A DNA stretch of 64,000 nucleotides from Myxococcales bacterium (GTDB taxonomy: Bacteria > Lernaellota > Lernaellaia > Lernaellales > Lernaellaceae), in contig JAAYVF010000074.1 in NCBI GenBank assembly GCA_012517325.1, positions 13,701 to 77,700 of the forward strand. Reading direction: 5' to 3'. Positions 56,184-64,000 of the stretch are shown one piece after another. The position numbers and the translations under genes are program-made. How positions within the stretch are numbered: the first letter of the stretch is position 1; the number at the start of each line of letters is the position of its first letter. Below the pieces are notes generated by a model. That model saw nothing but the letters and a program-made list of their open reading frames with translations. It did not search any database and had not been told where the DNA came from.

Positions 56184-58136
56184 TCATTTGCTGATCTGGG
56201 CGTTCAATTCCTCCAGCGAATCATTGGACGCGACGAGCAAATTCACCAGACGTTTCAACTCTTCTTCGGCTTTTTTACGCTGGCTGATATCGCGCACGAT
56301 GGAGAGAATCACCGTTTTTTGCTGATATTCGATTTGCCGGTTGTTGATCTCCACCGGCACCGGGTTGCCGTCCGCCCGGATCAGCGTGGCTTCGAAAACC
56401 TGCTGACCCTGAAGCTCCATTTCCTGCATGTGATGGGCGATGTCCGGCTGGCATTCCGGGGAGCCCAGTTCGGCCATGGTCTTGACCCACAGTTCCTGGC
56501 GGGAAAAGCCGAGCAACGTGCAGGCCGTTTCGTTGACGGCCAGGAAGGGCTGGTTGACGCCGTGGATGAAAAAGGCGTCGGCGGCGCTTTCGAACAGCAT
56601 GCGATACCGCGATTCCGATTCGGCCAGCGCCAGCTCCGCGCGCTTGCGCGAAGTGATGTCCAGGTAAACGCCGATAATGCCTTGAATGTCTCCTTGGGGT
56701 CCGACCAGCGTCGAGCGGCTGAGCAAGACTTCCCTAGTGGCGCCGCTGGCCACCACCAGGGTGGTTTCCGTCATTTCCACACCGGGGTGAGCCAGCAATT
56801 CCTCGTCTTGTTCTCGCAGGGTTTCGGCTTGTTCCAAAGTGAATAATTCGAAGTCGGTCTTGCCGATGATTTCTTCGCGGGTCGCGTTGAGATGGCGGAA
56901 AAACGCGTCGTTGACGATGACGTAACGTCCTTCGGCGTTTTTATAAAAAACCGGATTCGGCAGGGCGTCGAAGACGTTTTGCAGAAACCGGATCTGATCT
57001 TCCTTCTCCTGCTGCCTTTGTCGCAAATCGCCAATGTTCTTGAATTGACCGATGACCCCGATGATGTTGCCGCCCGTACCGCGCAAGGGGAAAAAAGTCG
57101 CCCGGTAGGGAATTGCGCCGGTTCGCGGGTCCGGGAGGTCGTAATCGCGCTCGAGGTGGCTTTCGCCCATCAGCACCCGATGGACCGGACACTCATGCCA
57201 ATCGCAATGCGAACAAGGAAAAATCTCGTGGCATGACTTTCCGACGATGTTTTCCTCCGTTTGGCCGGCGATCTGACAAAATTGTTTGTTCACCCGAATG
57301 ATCCGCAACTGCCGGTCGATGATGCTCAAGCCATCGGCGGTGTTTTGCATGATTTGATCGAGGGCGCCTTCGGCGCGGGCGGTCGCTTCCTGAGCGGAAA
57401 ATTGCGCCACTTGTTCGCGACGATTGTAGCGAATAATCAGGAAAAGAATAATGACACCCGCGATCCAAACCAACAAATGGGCGATCGCGGACTGTTGCAG
57501 ATTGAACCGATGAATTACCGTCAACGACGACATGTTCAGCGAAACGCTGACCGCGCCGGCGATCTGCGATGAGCCAGATCCCAGATGTTCATGGCAACGC
57601 CGGCAACTTTCGCCCGCCGGCATCGGACGAACCATGCGGAAAAAGGGCGTCCCGTTGAGATCCACTTGTTCGGCCACTTCCGCCGCGCCGCCCGCCAGGC
57701 GATGCAAGGCATTCGTTTCCCATTCGTCGGCCTGATTGACCGGATTGATCGGATTGAGCGCCACCAGATGCACCCCGGCCGCGCCGGCTCGCGGCTTCTC
57801 CTGCCAGACAATCCGCATCATGTATTCCGGATTGATCAAAGTCAGGGTCTGGCCATCGGTGGTAGTCAGATCGCGATCGTCGACATGAAGAAACGGGTTG
57901 GGACTCGGGGAGCCTTTTCCTTCCAGGGCGTAAACCCCGCCGACGCCGGCGCTCCAGGCATGGTAGGCCAGATCGCGTTCGGAAGCGGCGACCGCTTCAT
58001 TGTAGGCGATCTCCCGGCAATCGGCCTTTTCGGCCCACAGTCGCAACAAACCGGACAGCACCAGAATCAACGTCCATCCCAGAATGAGATAGAAGAACGT
58101 CGACTTGGAAAAGGTCCCGATTTTCTGTTGCGTCAC
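56184..58136 (-). CDS. Membrane sensor part (DUF3365 c-heme domain + 3 PAS) of the same hybrid kinase, ending at an internal TGA
   Basis: Two TM segments flanking a periplasmic domain with NPINPVNQADEWE and SCRRCHE (CxxCH); three PAS/PAC domains; no kinase domain before the TGA. Confidence 0.85.
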   Translation of the reverse strand: MTQQKIGTFSKSTFFYLILGWTLILVLSGLLRLWAEKADCREIAYNEAVAASERDLAYHAWSAGVGGVYALEGKGSPSPNPFLHVDDRDLTTTDGQTLTLINPEYMMRIVWQEKPRAGAAGVHLVALNPINPVNQADEWETNALHRLAGGAAEVAEQVDLNGTPFFRMVRPMPAGESCRRCHEHLGSGSSQIAGAVSVSLNMSSLTVIHRFNLQQSAIAHLLVWIAGVIILFLIIRYNRREQVAQFSAQEATARAEGALDQIMQNTADGLSIIDRQLRIIRVNKQFCQIAGQTEENIVGKSCHEIFPCSHCDWHECPVHRVLMGESHLERDYDLPDPRTGAIPYRATFFPLRGTGGNIIGVIGQFKNIGDLRQRQQEKEDQIRFLQNVFDALPNPVFYKNAEGRYVIVNDAFFRHLNATREEIIGKTDFELFTLEQAETLREQDEELLAHPGVEMTETTLVVASGATREVLLSRSTLVGPQGDIQGIIGVYLDITSRKRAELALAESESRYRMLFESAADAFFIHGVNQPFLAVNETACTLLGFSRQELWVKTMAELGSPECQPDIAHHMQEMELQGQQVFEATLIRADGNPVPVEINNRQIEYQQKTVILSIVRDISQRKKAEEELKRLVNLLVASNDSLEELNAQISK

Positions 58137-58425
58137 TCCAAATCCCTTATTTTCGTTTTGACCTCATAACGCCGTTGGAAAAGTAGCAAATTCCGTGGTT
58201 TTCAGAGGCAATCACATGCGGAGTTTGGTTTTCCCCCTTCCATGGTGTTAATCTGATCGACACCTCAGCGATAAAAGATAAGCGAAAAAATACTCAACAA
58301 CGTGAAATATCAAGAAATTCCAACAGCCTTATTCATCGCGCCCCGGAAGTGGTTTTCATGCTTTGACTTGCCGCAAAGGGAAGTGTACTTTCACTGACAC
58401 GGAGAACTCTGCAACCGGAGAACAA

Positions 58426-58767
58426 ATGACTCAAATGGACTGGATCGGCGTCGGCATCCTTGCGGGTTCATTGGCTCTTTTGGGGATTTTCCTGCGTTTT
58501 CGCTTCATTCGGCAGCATCCGGTCCTGCTGGTCAGTTTTATCGGCAACCCCGGTCTGGTCGGCGTTCTGGCCGCTTTTGCCTTCTGGTACCGCGACAATC
58601 CGACCTGGGGCACTCCGCTCTGGATCGGCGCCATGTTGCTGACCGTTCCGACGGCGTTGACGGTCATGATCGTGGCGCCAAAGGCTTATTTCAAGCAAAT
58701 TCAAGCCGAAATCGACAAAATGCCGCCTTCGGAAGCCGCTGAAAGCGCCGCACCGGATAAAAAGTAG
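58426..58767 (+). CDS. Small three-TM membrane protein of unknown function
   Basis: GGAGA RBS and ATG 58426; three hydrophobic segments and a charged tail. Confidence 0.7.
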   Translation: MTQMDWIGVGILAGSLALLGIFLRFRFIRQHPVLLVSFIGNPGLVGVLAAFAFWYRDNPTWGTPLWIGAMLLTVPTALTVMIVAPKAYFKQIQAEIDKMPPSEAAESAAPDKK

Positions 58768-58826
58768 CGTCATTTCCCGGAATTGAGCCAAAATTTCGAC
58801 GAATGATTGCCTGCGGGGCGATTATT

Positions 58827-61800
58827 TCATTCCCGGCGATAGATTTCGGCCAGCAGTTGTTTGGCTCCTTTGACCACCTCGTGTTCCGGGGGACCGCCGG
58901 CGATGATTTCCTGTAGGAGATCGACGGCGCGTTTTTTATCGCCGAGACGAACATAAAGGCGGGCTGCGTTGGCCTTGGCAAAAAGCGCTTCCTCGCTTTG
59001 CGGGTACTCCTGAACGATCGACAAGTATTCCCGCAGGGCCGGGGTAAAATCTTCCTGCGAAAAGTACAAATCGGCCAGGGTGAGGCGGGCATTGCGCACT
59101 ACACTTGGGTCTTCGGTTTGTTCGGCGATGAGTCGCCGCAAGATCGCTTTCTGTCCGTCCACATTTCCCGACTCGCCGTATAGATCGGCCAACAATTGCA
59201 TCGCCCGCACGGTAATCCGGTCATTGGGATAGCGCTCGATGATCGACTGGAATTGCGTGATCGCGGCAGCCGTCTGGCCTGCGGCGCGTGTCACTTTAGC
59301 CAATCCCAATTCGGCCTCTATCGCCGCGACCCGATCCGCCGCGAAAGTCGCGCCGACGAATAAAAAGTCTTCCCTGGCTTTGGCCAGGCGGCCCGCTTGC
59401 AGATCCAATTGAGCACGGCGCAAATAAACCGGCGCCATGGCCGGCGTTTCGCCGTAAGCCTGGATCAGCAGCGCCAACTGTCGGTCGGCGCCATCCCAAT
59501 CCAGCCGTTGGACGAAATGCTCGGCCGCATTGAGCCGCAACCGGATGGGCAACGACGGGTCGGCCGGCGAATGCCGGACCGCGCGGTCGACCAATGCCTC
59601 GAACTCAGCCATCCGATCGGCGGTTAACGACCAATTGGCCCAATCGGCAAGCACTTCGCCGGCGATCGGTTGGCCGGAAGCAGCGTCGCTCGCTTGTTTG
59701 AAATAATCGCCCGCGGTTTGCGGCTGCTGCAACGCCACGCTTAAATTCGCCAGGTCGAGCAGGGTCCGAGCGCGGGTCGGCGGCGCGATTTTGTTTTCGG
59801 CCAGGACGCGGCGGAAAGTCGCTTGGGCTTCAGTCAACCTACCGGCTTTTTGCTGCGCCCGCCCCAATCCCAGCAAGGCTTGCGCTTTCTGCTCGACGTC
59901 GGACGCGAAGCCGAGGGCCGCCTCGAATTCACCGGCCGCCTCGTCGCGCCGGCCGATCCGTTCCGCCCAATCGGCCAGTCCGAGATGAATGGGATAGGCG
60001 ATCGCCGCACTGCCCTTCACCTCGGAAATCAAATCGGTCATTTCCTTTTTCGCCCGCGGGTAATCGCCGCCCTCTCCGTACAACCGCACCAATTCCGTCG
60101 CCGCCATGGCGCCATCCGCCGAACCGGGCGAACGCCGTAGCACTTCGCGATAGACCTTGGCGGCCGCGTCAGGATCGCCGCTCTGCACCATCAATTCCGC
60201 CAAGCCCATTTCCACCGGACCGGACTTGGCGGCCTTGGTTTCATTGGCCATCTCCAGAAAGATCGCTTTGGCGTGTTCGACGTCGCCCTGTTGCAAATAG
60301 AGTCGCGCCATTTCCGTCCGCGCGCTTCGCCGGACATTCACGTCGGCGGTTTCCGTGAGCGCGCGGCGATAAACCGTCATGGCTTCGGCGATCCGGCCTT
60401 GCGCCCGATCGATCTCGGCAATCCCTTTTTCGGCCTGCCAGCGAGCCACGGGCAGATGCCCGTACTGATCCGTCATCGATTCGAAGGTTTTTTGCGCCTC
60501 CGCGAAGCGTCGTTCCGCCAGGAAAGATTGGGCGGTTTTTTCCAAAGCCGGCCAACGCAAATCGCTCTCGACCGGTGTTTCGATCGCTTGCCGATAATAC
60601 TGGCGGGCCGCTTCATAATCCTGCTTTTCCATGGCCATCCGGCCCAAGCCCAGCCAGGCATCAAAGCGAAAACGCGGGTCGATGCTTTGCTCCCACATCC
60701 GAAATATTTTTTCCGCTTCCGCCGGATTTTGGCTTTCCAACCGGACGGCCGCCAACGTGGCTTCCAACGAATGCTTCAGCGCCGCATCGCCGAATTGGGC
60801 GATCCCTTCGGTCAACACGGCGGCGGCATCATCCCAATTTCCGCTCCGACGGAACAAATCCGCCAATTGCTGGTAGCCGTCGCGCCTGACGATCGGGGAA
60901 ATTTGCGAATCGACGGTAAGCTCGCGGAATGTTTGCCGCGCCTCTTCCGTTTTGCCTTGCGCCTTGAAAACCGTCCCCAGGCCCAGCCGGGCTTGTCCTT
61001 TGAGATCGGGATCGGGAACCTCGTTCGCCAAATTGCGATAAATCTCCAAAGCCTCATCGAACCGGCCGACGCCGGTTAATTCGGCCGCTTGATCCAAGGA
61101 GGCATTCCATCGCGCCAAAACGCTGTCGGGAAAGCTTTGTTCCATTTCCCGCATCAGGGTTTCCGCCGTCGCTTCGTCCCCCTGCTGCCGATAAAGACGG
61201 ATCATCGACAGATAGGCATCCACCTTTTCCTTTTCGCCGAACGGCAATTGCAGGATTCGCCGATAGTCGGCGATGGCTTCGTCCGGATGACCGGTCATGA
61301 TCATCAGCGAAGCCAGGCCCTGGAAAGCCGCGCCCTGGACGGCGGGAAAATCGACGAATTCCTCGGCGGTCAATTGATACAAGCGTATGGCGTTGTCCGG
61401 GCGCTTGCCGGCCGCGGCGATTTCCGCGAGCGCCAAAAGCGCTTGGGCGCGTTCGGCGGGGTATTCCTTTTGGTCGGCGATTCGCCGGAGCAGCGTTTCA
61501 GCGGTCGCATAATCGGCGTGTTGCCGCAGGATTTCGGCCCAATAGAAATCTGCGGCGAAAACCTGTCCCGGGTCGCCGCTGATCGCGTTTCGCCAGCGAG
61601 TAAAAACTTCTTCGGCGTCCACCTGTCGGTTCCGGTTCATGAGGAGGGAAATCAAGGAACGATTGGCTTCCGCCAGGTTCAATTCGTTGTCGGACGACGA
61701 GACGATTTTTTCATACCCGGCGATGGCTTCGTCCGACCTGCCCTGTCGAGCCAGGATCGACAGCAAAGCCAACTCGGCGGCATCGACCTCGGCCGGATGA

Positions 61801-64000
61801 TCCGGGTATTTCTTTTTCAGATCCGCCAGAATTCCCCGCGCCCGGTCGGCCTGCCCGTTTTCCGCGGTTACCCGAATGATCGCGGTCAAAATCGACAAAC
61901 GAGGTTCCGCCTGTTCGGCGAGCGACAAGGCTTGCTCGTACTCGCGGATGGCTTGCGGGTAATCGCGCTGTTGTTCGGCGATCAGTCCCAAGCCTTGCCT
62001 GGCTTGAAAAGCCACCGCCGAACCGTCGCCCGGCGAATCGGCCAACACTTGTTGATAAATGGAAATCGCCTCGCTGAATCTTGCCAGGCTGAAATAGCTT
62101 TTCGCCAGGCCCAATAACGCGCGAAGGGATGCCGACTGATCGACTGATTGCCGGGAGAGAGCAAGAAATAGCTCCGCCGCCTCCGTGGCTTTTCCCGCCT
62201 GAAGAAAATATTCGGCGACCGCCAGGCCGGTGCTTGCCAGCACATTCGGATCATCGGCGTATTCGCTCTGAATTCGCTCCTGGACCTCTCGGACTTTCTT
62301 CTCGCGGTTCAGTTGAAAATAGATCTTCAGCAACGCTTGCAGGCCTTCCAGGCGGATCTCCGGACCGCCGCTGTCGGCGATGGATTCGTAAATCCGGATG
62401 GCGTTTTCGATATTTCCATGCCGATATTGCAGGTCGGCCAGCTGCAAGCGATTGGAAAAACCCTGATCCGGGTTGTAGGGAATGCGTTTCAGCAGTTCGG
62501 CATTGATCTGGGCGACCCGGGTCAGATCGCCCTTGGACAAATAGTACTCCTTCTTCTTTTCCAAGGCTTGAGCCAGCCAGAACCGCGTCCCGCTTGCCGC
62601 TATTTCATCGATTAATTGGAGTGCTTGACCGGAATTGTTTTGTTTCAGCAAATTATCCGCGAGCCAGAACTTGACAGCGAGCCGCAATGAAGAATCGATG
62701 CCCCAGTTATTCACCCATTGGTTGAAGTAATGGCGTTCCTCATAAAGTCCTTCGCGTGCCCTGAGGTCCAGGGCAATTTGCTTTACGGCCTCAAAAACGA
62801 TGGCCTGATCCTTTGAAAAATCGGTAACCCGACGATAAATCCGCATCGCCTCCGCAGTGCGGTCCAAGGCTTGCAACAATCTGGCTTTCGCCATGAGCAC
62901 CTCGGCGAACGGCGACGGCGCCGCGGCGAAATCCTGAAGCAGCCGGTCGTACAACTCCATCGCTTCCACCGGCCGCTCGGCGGCGATCAACGCTCTCGCC
63001 CGCAGAAGCAATAGGTTTTTGAAATAAATTCCCGGCGGACGATTCGCCATCCTCGCGTCAATGCGGGCAATCGCCTGATCCGGCTTTTTCTGCAAGAGGT
63101 CCAATTCGACGAGCCGTGCGGTGAGGTCGAGCCAACGCAAGCCGTGATCGTGATCGGCCGACAACAATTCCTCGAGCCGGGCGCTGGCTTCCGCGTAACG
63201 GAACCAGCTTTCCAGATAATTCGCCAAACAAAGTCCGGCGGAGATCCCCAGGGCATCTTGCAAATGTTGTTGAAAAAGAAGCTGTAGTTTGTCGAACGCC
63301 TCGCTATTTTCCTCGACGCCGTTCAACATTTGGCATTGGACCAGGATCTCCGCTTCGGTCGAAACTTCCTGATTTTCAGGAAATCGCTGCTTTATTTCAG
63401 AAAAAATCGCCAGCCCGTCTTCCGACAGGGCCAACGATTTGTTCAATTCGACCCGAAGACGTTCGAGACTGATTTGGGCCAGCAGACGAGGCCCGGTGAT
63501 TTGCTTTTCAAGTCGAACATAATAGGTATCGGCGTTCGCGAAACAACCATGGCGATAAAGGTACTTTGCTCCGGCAAAGGATTCCCAGCCGATGGTTTCG
63601 CCTTGGTTGATCGGTGTCCGCGTCTGCTCCGCCAGCAATTCCCGCGCCAGCGAAAAGTCGCCGTCGGTCTTGGCCAATTCAACTAATCGTAACCAGGCTT
63701 CCGAAAGCAGAGGATGGTCGCTGTATTGTTGCGTCAGGCTCCAGATTTCATTTTCGGCGGCCCGGGTTTTACCCAACGCCGCCAGAATATCGGCATATTC
63801 CAAATGCATCTGAAAAATCGAGGTGAAAATGTAGGCATTGTTGAGCAGGTAGAATTTCCATTGGGGGCCCAGGTTGTTCAACTTCTGGTTTAGATAATTA
63901 TTGACGCTGATGATAGGCCGACTTGGCTTTTGCTCGACCTTTTCTCCCACGGGGTCTACCTTCTCGCAAAGCAAACCATCCAAAGAAAGTTCTTGCCCCA
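58827..64000 (-). CDS. Giant TPR-repeat protein, N-terminus beyond the window
   Basis: The frame is open to the window edge upstream of TTG 63983. More than 1,700 codons of tandem helical repeats (e.g. ALLGLAKSYFSLARFSEAISIYQQVL; ARLGLGTVFKAQGKTEEARQTF). Confidence 0.88.
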   Translation of the reverse strand, partial: GQELSLDGLLCEKVDPVGEKVEQKPSRPIISVNNYLNQKLNNLGPQWKFYLLNNAYIFTSIFQMHLEYADILAALGKTRAAENEIWSLTQQYSDHPLLSEAWLRLVELAKTDGDFSLARELLAEQTRTPINQGETIGWESFAGAKYLYRHGCFANADTYYVRLEKQITGPRLLAQISLERLRVELNKSLALSEDGLAIFSEIKQRFPENQEVSTEAEILVQCQMLNGVEENSEAFDKLQLLFQQHLQDALGISAGLCLANYLESWFRYAEASARLEELLSADHDHGLRWLDLTARLVELDLLQKKPDQAIARIDARMANRPPGIYFKNLLLLRARALIAAERPVEAMELYDRLLQDFAAAPSPFAEVLMAKARLLQALDRTAEAMRIYRRVTDFSKDQAIVFEAVKQIALDLRAREGLYEERHYFNQWVNNWGIDSSLRLAVKFWLADNLLKQNNSGQALQLIDEIAASGTRFWLAQALEKKKEYYLSKGDLTRVAQINAELLKRIPYNPDQGFSNRLQLADLQYRHGNIENAIRIYESIADSGGPEIRLEGLQALLKIYFQLNREKKVREVQERIQSEYADDPNVLASTGLAVAEYFLQAGKATEAAELFLALSRQSVDQSASLRALLGLAKSYFSLARFSEAISIYQQVLADSPGDGSAVAFQARQGLGLIAEQQRDYPQAIREYEQALSLAEQAEPRLSILTAIIRVTAENGQADRARGILADLKKKYPDHPAEVDAAELALLSILARQGRSDEAIAGYEKIVSSSDNELNLAEANRSLISLLMNRNRQVDAEEVFTRWRNAISGDPGQVFAADFYWAEILRQHADYATAETLLRRIADQKEYPAERAQALLALAEIAAAGKRPDNAIRLYQLTAEEFVDFPAVQGAAFQGLASLMIMTGHPDEAIADYRRILQLPFGEKEKVDAYLSMIRLYRQQGDEATAETLMREMEQSFPDSVLARWNASLDQAAELTGVGRFDEALEIYRNLANEVPDPDLKGQARLGLGTVFKAQGKTEEARQTFRELTVDSQISPIVRRDGYQQLADLFRRSGNWDDAAAVLTEGIAQFGDAALKHSLEATLAAVRLESQNPAEAEKIFRMWEQSIDPRFRFDAWLGLGRMAMEKQDYEAARQYYRQAIETPVESDLRWPALEKTAQSFLAERRFAEAQKTFESMTDQYGHLPVARWQAEKGIAEIDRAQGRIAEAMTVYRRALTETADVNVRRSARTEMARLYLQQGDVEHAKAIFLEMANETKAAKSGPVEMGLAELMVQSGDPDAAAKVYREVLRRSPGSADGAMAATELVRLYGEGGDYPRAKKEMTDLISEVKGSAAIAYPIHLGLADWAERIGRRDEAAGEFEAALGFASDVEQKAQALLGLGRAQQKAGRLTEAQATFRRVLAENKIAPPTRARTLLDLANLSVALQQPQTAGDYFKQASDAASGQPIAGEVLADWANWSLTADRMAEFEALVDRAVRHSPADPSLPIRLRLNAAEHFVQRLDWDGADRQLALLIQAYGETPAMAPVYLRRAQLDLQAGRLAKAREDFLFVGATFAADRVAAIEAELGLAKVTRAAGQTAAAITQFQSIIERYPNDRITVRAMQLLADLYGESGNVDGQKAILRRLIAEQTEDPSVVRNARLTLADLYFSQEDFTPALREYLSIVQEYPQSEEALFAKANAARLYVRLGDKKRAVDLLQEIIAGGPPEHEVVKGAKQLLAEIYRRE

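Noticed and set aside
56184-56186. Selenocysteine or genetic code 4/25 as the explanation for the internal TGA
   Set aside because: Many genes here end in TGA at their expected C-termini (lpxC, nusA, pnp, truB upstream partner). The site is a coiled coil rather than a redox Cys position, and no convincing SECIS hairpin follows.
54600-64000. Right end as a genomic island because it looks more AT-rich
   Set aside because: No integrase, transposase, tRNA or flanking direct repeat was seen. The gene types match the rest of the window, and the shift was not quantified.

Overview
A GC-rich bacterial chromosome segment read in standard code 11 (many genes end in TGA). Gene content points to a deltaproteobacterial/Myxococcota-related lineage (inference: PEGA Ser/Thr kinase, HDOD, CheX, DUF3365 kinase, pnp-dut linkage). 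The core is the housekeeping block rimP-nusA-ylxR-infB-DUF503-rbfA-nrnA-truB-rpsO-pnp-dut-nfi (25.8-37.4 kb), with queH and a sigma54-type promoter before lpxC at the left end. The remainder is envelope and signalling genes: three hybrid histidine kinases (FIST-coupled; PAS-PAS-PAS; c-heme DUF3365), two GT-C-type membrane glycosyltransferase-like proteins, a GT4, an amidase, a MepA-LysM peptidase, a GH31 lipoprotein and a >1,700 aa TPR protein cut by the window edge. No rRNA, tRNA, CRISPR array, transposase or integrase was seen. The best candidate for an undescribed system is a protein-tethering grammar. Two unrelated exported proteins end in a long Asp-rich spacer followed by Cys-Gly-Cys-stop with no transmembrane tail, and three lipoproteins show the mirror layout (lipid-Cys, Asp-rich spacer, folded domain). 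Two genes carry single-event interruptions: an in-frame TGA inside an 1,178-codon c-heme kinase, and a one-base frameshift in an A7 run of a DUF1003 gene. All calls are by eye from motifs; no database search was run.
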